20,000 bases of DNA from an uncultured virus (IMG/VR IMGVR_UViG_3300032320_001919) (taxonomy: Duplodnaviria; Heunggongvirae; Uroviricota; Caudoviricetes): the IMG/VR virus record IMGVR_UViG_3300032320_001919; one strand, written 5' to 3'. Within the stretch, counting starts at the first letter, position 1. Every line of letters starts with the position of its first letter. Below the pieces are notes generated by a model. That model was given only the letters and a program-made list of their open reading frames with translations, was not told where the DNA came from and made no database searches. Positions 8,267-16,337 of this stretch are shown here, piece after piece. A program made the translations under genes and the position numbers.

Positions 8267-8686
8267 TTATCTACCTATAATTGTTCTTAATCCTTTTGCA
8301 ACAGCTGCTGTTTTAGCTCCTGCTTCATTAGCTTTCATTGCTTTATCAGCTAAACTTAATCTTAAATAAGGCATTCCTATCATGGTAGCATACGCAGCAA
8401 TATCACCTATAGCTGATGCTCTTGGCGATTCTTTTTCTGCTTTGGCTAGCTTTTCATATTCTTGCTTTCTTTCTTTTTCAAACGTAGTACCCTTACCATA
8501 ACCAGCAAGTTTCATAGTATTTTTTGCCGCATAATCAATGCCTGGTCTTATGAAATCTTTATATGTTCCACCTGAAATAGTATCTGCATAATTTAAACCA
8601 GTGGCGTAAACATCATTCATAGAAGGCATTGAAGGAAGATAATCTTTCCAACCTTCGTCAAGAGTAAATTGCTTAAATGTTTTCAT
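8267..8686 (-). CDS. Hypothetical protein, putative capsid-internal protein, paralogue of 7233-8264
   Basis: N-terminus MKTFKQFTLDE, SD AAGGTG and late promoter upstream, shared DY..KN....GYGKGTT block. Confidence 0.6.
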   Translation of the reverse strand: MKTFKQFTLDEGWKDYLPSMPSMNDVYATGLNYADTISGGTYKDFIRPGIDYAAKNTMKLAGYGKGTTFEKERKQEYEKLAKAEKESPRASAIGDIAAYATMIGMPYLRLSLADKAMKANEAGAKTAAVAKGLRTIIGR

Positions 8687-8704
8687 GACGCACCTTTTTA
8701 TTAC

Positions 8705-8712
8705 TATTTATA
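8705..8712 (-). promoter_or_regulatory. T4-type late promoter TATAAATA
   Basis: Exact consensus 19 nt upstream of the ATG at 8686. Confidence 0.8.
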
Positions 8713-8713
8713 T

Positions 8714-8738
8714 AAAAAAGGGGAGCCGAAGCTCCCCT
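8714..8738 (-). terminator. Rho-independent terminator with C(UUCG)G tetraloop
   Basis: Minus strand AGGGGAGC-TTCG-GCTCCCCT followed by a T run, the classic T4-type hairpin. Confidence 0.92.
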
Positions 8739-8763
8739 TAGTAGTTCGGTTAACCCGAATTTT

Positions 8764-9441
8764 TTAATTATTTATAAGTTCTCTTCTTTTAGCCCAAGAT
8801 TCTTTAAGTTTAGTTCTTTGATTCGCTGCCCAAACAGGATCTGCCCATCTAAATTTTAACTGTTGAGAACACAACTTATCCTGTTCTTTACGAGTCATCG
8901 TTTTCTTTGGCGCAGCTCTTTTTCTGGAACCATCAGACCATTGAGCTTTCATACGCTCTGAGTTTTGTTGTTTCCATTCCTCAGTATGAGGTTTCTTTTT
9001 AATTCCTTTTAATGCTGCTTTATGATCTTCGGTGAGAGCTTTCCCTTTTTTAGCAGCTGAAATTTTAGCGCCTCGTTTTTCAGGAGCAGGAACACTTTTG
9101 CCTGTTTTTGAATAGGATATTTTTTGCCCTACAGTTTTGACAGATTCAGGGTATTGATGCCATGGGTTTCCGTTTTTTGTATTTAAATTATAATAACGTA
9201 TTTTTTTCTCTTCTGGTTTTTGCATATCAAGATATCGTTGTTCTTCAATGTACATCTGTTCTCTTGATAAATTTGTTTTTAAAATACGTCTTCTAAAATT
9301 TTCAGGACGGCGATTATATGCATCTCTCATCCAATTAGAAGAACAGATATATCCATCAGTTGTTAACCCCCAATGACATCCTACGTAATAACGCTTATGT
9401 TTAACATCATACCAAAGATAAACAAACCCATATTTTTCCAT
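8764..9441 (-). CDS. Free-standing GIY-YIG (Seg-like) homing endonuclease with NUMOD3-type repeats
   Basis: GFVYLW...YYVGCH.G...DGYICSS, RRIL, E, YYNL catalytic pattern and KISAAKKGK/HTEEWK repeats. Start moved to ATG 9441 because GGAGG lies just upstream. Confidence 0.88.
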   Translation of the reverse strand: MEKYGFVYLWYDVKHKRYYVGCHWGLTTDGYICSSNWMRDAYNRRPENFRRRILKTNLSREQMYIEEQRYLDMQKPEEKKIRYYNLNTKNGNPWHQYPESVKTVGQKISYSKTGKSVPAPEKRGAKISAAKKGKALTEDHKAALKGIKKKPHTEEWKQQNSERMKAQWSDGSRKRAAPKKTMTRKEQDKLCSQQLKFRWADPVWAANQRTKLKESWAKRRELINN

Positions 9442-9457
9442 TATAGCCTCCAAAATG

Positions 9458-9531
9458 ATAACTCCGAGAGTTTCCCCTCGGAGTTATTTAGTCATATTAC
9501 TGACCTTTTTTAGTGATTAACACTAAAAAAG
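9458..9531. repeat. Cluster of inverted repeats between gp23 and the endonuclease
   Basis: ATAACTCCGAG/CTCGGAGTTAT (9458-9487), GTCA/TGAC (9491-9504), CTTTTTTAGTG/CACTAAAAAAG (9505-9531). Confidence 0.85.
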
Positions 9532-9539
9532 TATAGTGA

Positions 9540-10919
9540 CTACATCAAGTTATTGACGATAACGCGACGATAGTACTTGTTAGTGCTAATTACGTTAGCA
9601 CGACCATTACCCTTGGTTAGACCTTCAGCGAATGGATTTGCTACCATGCCGTAACGAGTTTTAAAGCCGATCTTTGGCTGGAAACTATTCTGATCAACTG
9701 CACGCACCATCTGTAGAGGAACGTATGGGCAGTAGAACAAGCCAGCGTCAAAGGCAGAAGAACCCTTGTAGCCAACAGTTAGATAGTTACCACCTAGAGC
9801 ATATGGGTCGATGTAAACACGTAGGCGACCATTTAGAACACCAGCGAATGTCTGGCCAGTATCGTCTACCTGTAGATTGTTACCGTTAAGAGCAGGAGCG
9901 TAGTCAAGAACACCAGCCATCTGTAGAGCAGAAGCAACGTCTGAAGAACAGATAACGATGTTACCCTTACCACGACGAGTTTGCTTGGCGATCTGGTTAG
10001 CTTCACGTTCCAACTGGAACATCAAGCCCTTGAACTTTTCAACTGACCAACGACCGTTTGAGTCAGTGTCAAGATCGAACACACCAGCAGTAGTTGTATT
10101 TTCCTGAGCACCAGCTTCAGCAGTGATGTTGATAGTACGAACAACTTCACGGTTGATTTCTGCAAGAATTTCTGTTGAAAGAATATTTGCAAGCTCAGTT
10201 TCTGCGTCTAGACCATGGATTGCCTTTAGATCCTGGGCAAGTTCCATAGTGTACTCAGCCTTTAGAGCACGAGTGTTAGCAGTTACAGTAACCTTCTCGA
10301 TTGAGAAAGCCATCTGTGGGAATGCTGTGTTAGTAGCAAAATAACCAGAAGAGTTGGCAGTGAAATCACCAAGAGCTTCTGACTGAGCAGTAGACATACC
10401 AGCACCAGTGTTATAAGTGTTAACAGCTGTTAGTGGTGTTGTGTTAGTTGCGCCTGGAATAGTACCAGTAAACTTGTTACCGAAGGTGTTAGCACCAGAA
10501 GTAACAGAAGAGAATGTAGTATCAACTTCGTTGTAGAATGTTTCTGAACCAGTCTGGTTGCTATAGCGTGAACGCATAGCGAAAATTAAACCAGTTGGAC
10601 CAGTCATTGGCTGAACGCCGCAGATGTCATAGGCCATTAGATTTGGCATTGCACGACGAACAAGTGAAATAAGCACTGGATCGAAAGTGTCAATACCACC
10701 AGCACCTGCAGTTGAGCTTGAAGAGCCCATGAAGTTTACTGGAACTGTTTCGTTTAGTGTCTGGTACTGGCCATGTGCAGATGATTCAACGAGAGCTTTC
10801 TCGGTGTTTTCTAGCATCATAGCAGTTACAGAACGGCGGTGCTGGTCCTTAATTGGTGACAAAGCGTCGTGGTCAAGGACTGGAGCCCACTTGTTTTGAA
10901 TTTCCTCAGATAGATACAT
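9540..10919 (-). CDS. gp23: Major capsid protein gp23
   Basis: DPVLISLVRRAMPNL, GVQPMTGPTGLIFAMR, RALKAEYTMELAQDLKAIHGLDAE, FYCPYVPL, FQPKIGFKTRYG. Confidence 0.99.
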   Translation of the reverse strand: MYLSEEIQNKWAPVLDHDALSPIKDQHRRSVTAMMLENTEKALVESSAHGQYQTLNETVPVNFMGSSSSTAGAGGIDTFDPVLISLVRRAMPNLMAYDICGVQPMTGPTGLIFAMRSRYSNQTGSETFYNEVDTTFSSVTSGANTFGNKFTGTIPGATNTTPLTAVNTYNTGAGMSTAQSEALGDFTANSSGYFATNTAFPQMAFSIEKVTVTANTRALKAEYTMELAQDLKAIHGLDAETELANILSTEILAEINREVVRTINITAEAGAQENTTTAGVFDLDTDSNGRWSVEKFKGLMFQLEREANQIAKQTRRGKGNIVICSSDVASALQMAGVLDYAPALNGNNLQVDDTGQTFAGVLNGRLRVYIDPYALGGNYLTVGYKGSSAFDAGLFYCPYVPLQMVRAVDQNSFQPKIGFKTRYGMVANPFAEGLTKGNGRANVISTNKYYRRVIVNNLM

Positions 10920-10955
10920 TTATTTTCCTTTCTTAGAGAAATATAATCTTGTAAT

Positions 10956-10963
10956 TATTTATA
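10956..10963 (-). promoter_or_regulatory. Late promoter TATAAATA for gp23
   Basis: Exact consensus in the gp22-gp23 gap. Confidence 0.85.
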
Positions 10964-10968
10964 CAATC

Positions 10969-11973
10969 TTACTTTTTAATAGTTCTTGCAATTGCCTGAA
11001 CGTAGCGATTAACCTGTGGGTCCAGATTTACTGATTCAGCAATTTGGCCTTCGAAAGTTTCTTCTTCAATATTTGAAGAATACTGTGATTCGCCGCCAAA
11101 ATAGTTTTCTTTAATAATAGAAAGCTTCTTTGCGTAAATTTCTAGATCGCCGTCAAATTCTATTCCTTCAGCAAGAGCAGCAAACTTTTCCTGCTGGGAA
11201 ACAACTAAGTCAGAAGCTAGTTCTGAGAAAATTTTGTTTGCGGCTTCAACTACTAACAAACCACGAAGTTCGTTGTTATTGTCAATAGATTCATCTAGTT
11301 TTGCCTGTAACTGATTTACTTTATCGGCTAAAGATTCTAGAACATTAACCTGCTCTTGTGGAACAGAAATGTAATGCTCAGCGAATAAATTTCTTAGACC
11401 TTCAATGAATTCTTCCATCAACTCGTTTCTTAGAGTTGACTCGATAGCTACTTCATTATCATTCATCCAGTTTTCAACTGTATAAGTTAGATATGAATCA
11501 AGCTTGTTAGTTAATTCTTCAGAAATTTCTGCAACTTGTTCTTCAAGCTTAACAGCATATTCTTCTTCTAGAAGAGTTGTCTCAACGATGATTCTAGCAT
11601 TAAGAGCAGCTTCAAAAAGAATAGTTGTCTTTTCAACAAACTCTTCAGATAGTTCTTCGCCATTAAAAATAACCTGCAAATCTTCGCTCATTCCTGAAGC
11701 AGCAGATGGCTTCATAGCCACAGAAGCTCTCATCTGTTCTGAATTATCGCCAACGCCATAATCCTTGTTTGGACCAAACTGAGTCATAGTGGCCACAAAC
11801 TTGTTTATGTCATCGCCTGACATCTTGCTCATTAGATCCATAACTGCATTCATGCTAGCAGCTTTGCCCTTTGGAGCAATAGACTTAGCAGCTAATGTTT
11901 CTTCTTCTACAGTTTCAACATTATCAGCAATTTCTAGCTCTTCTTGATCTAGAATTTCTTCTCTATTTGACAT
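10969..11973 (-). CDS. gp22: Prohead core scaffold protein gp22
   Basis: Acidic coiled coil with LSEEF..K...LFEAA, YL.Y.VE.WM..NE.AIE, F.EHYI.VP. Lies between gp21 and gp23. Confidence 0.94.
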   Translation of the reverse strand: MSNREEILDQEELEIADNVETVEEETLAAKSIAPKGKAASMNAVMDLMSKMSGDDINKFVATMTQFGPNKDYGVGDNSEQMRASVAMKPSAASGMSEDLQVIFNGEELSEEFVEKTTILFEAALNARIIVETTLLEEEYAVKLEEQVAEISEELTNKLDSYLTYTVENWMNDNEVAIESTLRNELMEEFIEGLRNLFAEHYISVPQEQVNVLESLADKVNQLQAKLDESIDNNNELRGLLVVEAANKIFSELASDLVVSQQEKFAALAEGIEFDGDLEIYAKKLSIIKENYFGGESQYSSNIEEETFEGQIAESVNLDPQVNRYVQAIARTIKK

Positions 11974-12000
11974 AAGAAAATTCTCCTTTGTGATTTTAAT

Positions 12001-12008
12001 TATTTATA
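12001..12008 (-). promoter_or_regulatory. Late promoter TATAAATA for gp22
   Basis: Exact consensus in the gp21-gp22 gap. Confidence 0.85.
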
Positions 12009-12013
12009 TAATT

Positions 12014-12679
12014 TTAAATTTTTACAGCTAGTGAAGCAATGTAGTCTTCTAGGATAGCCATTCTCTGTTCTTCTAACTTTGATTTTGTCATGTTATGGAT
12101 TTTTTTCTTGGTGTCATGTAGTTTTTGTTCTAACCAAGTATCTTTAATTGGGTCATATAACCATTCAACTCCTTCCATAATACCATTAACAAAAGCGTCT
12201 GGAGCAGAAGGATCAGCAACGATATCAGCTGCTGTTGAAAGGCGAAGATCGCTTTGAACAACCATCATGCCTTTTTCTTCTTTCAAAGAACCCATGGCTC
12301 TAGAGGAAACGCCTAATTGACCGCCTGATTCCATAATACCGCGAGCAATTTCACCCATTGGAGTTTTAGAAAGTTTAGCTCTTCCAATAAAATTTGGCCC
12401 ATCGCGGTTTAATTCTGTAATGATATGAGAAACGCGATCTAAATTAATGGAAGGTCCAGATGGATGACCTAGCTCGCCAAAAGCTCTGTTCTTATCAACT
12501 ACTTCTTTAACATACCTCTTTACTTCAGTCTCTAACACTTCAATTGGATACATTCTTCCGTTACGGTTTTTGATATTTGCTTGTAGAAAAATACCTTCAA
12601 TATAGTAGTCTTTTCCGCCGCTTTCTTTAGCTTCGGAAATTAATTGAACGTCTTCTACTAACTCAGTAAAAAGTTTCAT
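12014..12679 (-). CDS. gp21: Prohead protease gp21
   Basis: IEGIFLQ, NRNGRMYP, GELGHP, GVSSRAMGS, DIVADPSAPDAFV. Confidence 0.98.
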   Translation of the reverse strand: MKLFTELVEDVQLISEAKESGGKDYYIEGIFLQANIKNRNGRMYPIEVLETEVKRYVKEVVDKNRAFGELGHPSGPSINLDRVSHIITELNRDGPNFIGRAKLSKTPMGEIARGIMESGGQLGVSSRAMGSLKEEKGMMVVQSDLRLSTAADIVADPSAPDAFVNGIMEGVEWLYDPIKDTWLEQKLHDTKKKIHNMTKSKLEEQRMAILEDYIASLAVKI

Positions 12680-12680
12680 T

Positions 12681-12926
12681 TTAGTACCTGTATGCTACGG
12701 GTGATGCGAAAACACCACTTCCCTGAACTCTATTAGTTGGTCCTTTTTCAATCACTATCTCCGAATTACCAAGTATACTAAAAGAATATAAGTTGGCAGA
12801 GGAGTTAACTGAAATAGTAACATTAACAACCGCTGTAGTTGGATTAGTCAGTCTTATAAGCGGATTGTCATAAACTGTGTTTGCTGTTGTAACAACAATT
12901 TCTGTATTTGAAAATTTATAAATCAT
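12681..12926 (-). CDS. Small beta-rich hypothetical protein in the head module
   Basis: Fills the gap exactly, with a TAATG overlap upstream and 1 nt to the gp21 start. Confidence 0.75.
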   Translation of the reverse strand: MIYKFSNTEIVVTTANTVYDNPLIRLTNPTTAVVNVTISVNSSANLYSFSILGNSEIVIEKGPTNRVQGSGVFASPVAYRY

Positions 12927-14284
12927 TATACTCTTCCTGTATCTCCAACTTCACCACTTGGCATTCTTATAACTGTTTCGGCAGGAGCAGATTGTTCCAT
13001 TTTCATTTTAGCTAACTTTCTTTTTTCTAAAGCAGCGGTAATTTTTTCTCTTGCTTTTTCAGAAGCAGTTGCTTTTGCTGAACGCTGATCAGAAAGTGAC
13101 TCTACAACTTTATCAGGAGCGCCTTTTTTAGCTTTAGTATAATCGTGTAATTGCTTTTCTGACATGCCCATCATTGAGTAAGAAGCAGTTCCCTTTGGAG
13201 GCATAGTTCCTTCGCGCTTATGCTGTAAAGCAATACGAGCAGCGATTGCCTGATTTTGTGAAGCTGCCATTTCTTGAAGCTTCTTATCAGTGATTAGCTG
13301 ACGACCTTCTTTTTTCTTACCATTATAACGTGGTTCTTTGTCCGAAGCTGATTCATTGTCTTCTTTTGTACAAGCCTTCATACCATGAACTTCACACATC
13401 TTACCTGCTTCAGTCATGTTGCACTTTGCTTCATCAAGCTCTTCAACTTCTTCACCAAGCTTAGTCTTTGCTTTTGCAATATATTTGTTGCTTCTAGATT
13501 TTACATCTTTACCTAGCTGATCTCCAACAGTTTCGCCCTTCTTATTGTATCTTCTGATAGAATCTTCGTCGCCAAAATCTTTAAGCTCTTCTTTTCTTTT
13601 CTTGACATAGTTAGCCAAAGGCTTTTTAATTTCATCAAGGGCTTCTTCATTCATTTCTGACATTAGATAATCGTGAGCAGTCGAGATATAATCTTCAGCC
13701 TTAGTAATCTTTGACTGCACCCACTCTGGCAAATCAGTGTCAGGTTTCATCATCTTCATTAAGTGTTCGGCATTACGACAAATTGTTTTTAGCTGAGTGA
13801 TGGCCATATCGCCTTCGTAGCCATATTCTCTTTCGTCCTTGGCTTCCTTAAGCGCCCAACGCTTAGTACCCGATCCACACTTTGAACAATGTAAAACACC
13901 TTTCATGTCGTCGTGCTGAGATGTTTCTACATATTTGCCTTTTTTGCATTTCTTACAAGTTTTGCCAGACATATCTTCTTTTTCTTCAGAAACCTGCTGG
14001 GTCTTGTTATAAACCTGAATGTCCTTTGGCTTTGGTTCATGGCCATGACGTTCCATCTCGGCTTTCTTAGTTGAACCTTTAAATACATCATCGCCGTTTC
14101 CGTTACGATCAGGATGCTTTTCAACTGAATGTTGAGCAATGAAGTCGCGACCATCCTTCATCTTATCTGCATAATCAACTCCTGGATTTTCGCCAGTAGT
14201 TAATGATTCGATTTTTGAAGGCGGTAGTTTGCCTGAAATAACGTCGCTATAACGTTGTAAAATATCGTTAAGACTCTTCGCCAT
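12926..14284 (-). CDS. Modular hypothetical head-associated protein (putative protease-processed polyprotein)
   Basis: Long ORF with GAGGA SD, located in the gp67/gp68 slot. Repeated acidic LDE/LKE/LQE linkers separate small modules. Confidence 0.7.
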   Translation of the reverse strand: MAKSLNDILQRYSDVISGKLPPSKIESLTTGENPGVDYADKMKDGRDFIAQHSVEKHPDRNGNGDDVFKGSTKKAEMERHGHEPKPKDIQVYNKTQQVSEEKEDMSGKTCKKCKKGKYVETSQHDDMKGVLHCSKCGSGTKRWALKEAKDEREYGYEGDMAITQLKTICRNAEHLMKMMKPDTDLPEWVQSKITKAEDYISTAHDYLMSEMNEEALDEIKKPLANYVKKRKEELKDFGDEDSIRRYNKKGETVGDQLGKDVKSRSNKYIAKAKTKLGEEVEELDEAKCNMTEAGKMCEVHGMKACTKEDNESASDKEPRYNGKKKEGRQLITDKKLQEMAASQNQAIAARIALQHKREGTMPPKGTASYSMMGMSEKQLHDYTKAKKGAPDKVVESLSDQRSAKATASEKAREKITAALEKRKLAKMKMEQSAPAETVIRMPSGEVGDTGRV

Positions 14285-14516
14285 TAAATTCTTCCTCTGA
14301 ATTATCTTCTATATCTTCTTCTGTTTCGGCGTCATCATACTGTTCTTCAGGCTCATATCCATACATCTGCTGAGCTATATCAATTTTCTTTTGTTCAACA
14401 GCGTCACGAATTTTATCAATAATAATATCGTTGAATGCTGATTCAAAATCTAATGGCTTCTGTTCAATTGCAGAAACAACTAAATCGGTCAAATCATATT
14501 TATTATCTTCTACCAT
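14268..14516 (-). CDS. gp67-like prohead core protein
   Basis: About 80 aa, helical N-terminus, very acidic tail, immediately after the portal as in T4. Confidence 0.65.
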   Translation of the reverse strand: MVEDNKYDLTDLVVSAIEQKPLDFESAFNDIIIDKIRDAVEQKKIDIAQQMYGYEPEEQYDDAETEEDIEDNSEEEFNGEES

Positions 14517-14528
14517 TTATATCATCCT

Positions 14529-16277
14529 TTACTTAACTGCGCCTATACGTTGAGCGATTTCAGGGTTCTTAGCAACCAACTGTACTGCAGCCTTATATGC
14601 TGACTGTTCTTGAGTTGATCTGTTTTGTACACCCTTTTCTTTCATTTGTTCAACAGTAATCATAGCCTGTCTAACTTGTTCCATTTTTTGTCTTGTTTCA
14701 TCATCTTCAGGCTGTTGTTCGCCTTGTTGGTCTTGCGCACCAGCTTGATCTTGCTGCAACATTTGTTCGTTTTGCATAACTAACGGATTAATCCAACGTG
14801 GATCGCCAGATTGCATTTCGTCATTAATATATGCATCTTGCATTTCTATTTCTTCTTCAGACTGCTGCATAACGTTCTTACGAATCCAGTTATGAGAAAC
14901 GTATTTACCAGCCATATCTTGCAAATCACGAGTTTGAGAAATGCGGTTTTGAAGAATTTCAGCTTTCTTAAGCTCGGCAAAGTAATTGTCCTTAGCAAAA
15001 TCAAAACGAATTTGATTTTGTATTACTTGCCATTCCTCAACAGTTAAGATGCCTTTTAAAATCAATTGCTTTTCTAACATCTTTACAAACAGATGCGAGA
15101 AACGAGATCTTAAACGAGTGATGAAACGTTCAAATTTCAATTCGTCACGAGTAATTTCTGTAGCACGACCAATAGAAAATAGTGCGTCAGAATTTAATCT
15201 GCTTACTGGAACGTTTAGTGTTTGTAAAAATTTCTTTTGGAAATATAGTACGTCGTCCATCTGGCCAAGGTTCTGACCTCCCGGAAGGGTAGTGACTTCT
15301 GTGCCACGACCACCTTCGCGGCGAGGAAGCCAATAATCTTCCAACATAGTCATGAACTTACGATCGTCTCTAACTTGACCAGTAGCAGCATCATAGATCA
15401 AACGGTTTTTATGCTTAACCATAATTTCGCGAACGTACTGCTCAGCCTTCATTTTTGGTAAGTTACCAACATCGATGTACCAAATTCTGCGCTCGGGCGC
15501 ACGTGCGAGGCGGTAAATAACCAAAGCGTCTTCAAGAGTGCTCAGCTGATTTAAAGCTTTAATTGCTTTATGTAAATAAGAAAGAACCATTGTGCCTTGG
15601 TTATCAGTTAAACCAGATACAACATGTACAATAGAGTCTCTAGAAATTTTTAAACCAGTGGTATTAGGACCAACTGTTTTGTTTCCGTAATTGAAACCTT
15701 TATCATTGAAAATGTAGTATTCGTTAACTACTTTAGTGACAGCAATTTCAGTAGTATTTTGCGCTGATCTTTTCTTCTGTACTTCTCGCACTTTACGGAT
15801 TTTACGAGGGTCAATATATCTTAATTCTTTAATGCCGTCTTTTGGATTTTTGTCGTCAATCAACACATGATAATATAAACGACCATCGATGTACCAACGA
15901 CGATAAATTTCGTATGCATACTTGTTAAATTCAATGATCTTTAAACAGTTATCAAATTCTTCTCTAATAATTTTCTTTAACTGATCTGAAACTTTTAAAT
16001 CATCAACAATAATTTTTACTAAGTTTTTGTCATCAATAGCTATTGATTCGTTGACAATTTCATCAATTGCTGAATCACATTCTGGATTTAAAGCCATTTC
16101 ACGATATTTGGTAACTAAATCTGCTTCCGATCTTACTGTACCATCAAGGTCGACATAAGTGCCATAAGCACCACCAGCCGAAATTACTAATGCGCCATCA
16201 TCAGTATCTTTCGTTGCCGAAAAAGAAACTAACGGTTTTTCTTCTTTTCTTTTAAACTCGAATCCAAATAATTCCAT
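14529..16277 (-). CDS. gp20: Portal vertex protein gp20
   Basis: WYIDGR, LEDALVIYRLARAPERR, YIDVGNLPK.KAEQY, EDYWLPRREGGRGTEVTTLPGG, ITRDE.KF. Confidence 0.98.
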   Translation of the reverse strand: MELFGFEFKRKEEKPLVSFSATKDTDDGALVISAGGAYGTYVDLDGTVRSEADLVTKYREMALNPECDSAIDEIVNESIAIDDKNLVKIIVDDLKVSDQLKKIIREEFDNCLKIIEFNKYAYEIYRRWYIDGRLYYHVLIDDKNPKDGIKELRYIDPRKIRKVREVQKKRSAQNTTEIAVTKVVNEYYIFNDKGFNYGNKTVGPNTTGLKISRDSIVHVVSGLTDNQGTMVLSYLHKAIKALNQLSTLEDALVIYRLARAPERRIWYIDVGNLPKMKAEQYVREIMVKHKNRLIYDAATGQVRDDRKFMTMLEDYWLPRREGGRGTEVTTLPGGQNLGQMDDVLYFQKKFLQTLNVPVSRLNSDALFSIGRATEITRDELKFERFITRLRSRFSHLFVKMLEKQLILKGILTVEEWQVIQNQIRFDFAKDNYFAELKKAEILQNRISQTRDLQDMAGKYVSHNWIRKNVMQQSEEEIEMQDAYINDEMQSGDPRWINPLVMQNEQMLQQDQAGAQDQQGEQQPEDDETRQKMEQVRQAMITVEQMKEKGVQNRSTQEQSAYKAAVQLVAKNPEIAQRIGAVK

Positions 16278-16292
16278 TTATTTCTCCAAATT

Positions 16293-16314
16293 GGGGGGAA
16301 ATTGAGTTCCCCCC
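16293..16314 (-). terminator. GC-rich hairpin between gp19 and gp20 (attenuator or stability element)
   Basis: GGGGGGAA-CTCAAT-TTCCCCCC followed by only AATTT, so the U tract is weak. Confidence 0.55.
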
Positions 16315-16337
16315 TTATCATTATTCAATTGAATAGA

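Noticed and set aside
8764..8790. Endonuclease C-terminus RRELINN resembling the gp23 end RRVIVNN as a target duplication
   Set aside because: Too short, nucleotide identity is poor, and INN is explained by the embedded TATAAATA.
13927..14154. Alternative-frame ORF within the 452-aa gene
   Set aside because: No supporting signal found. Likely a chance open frame.
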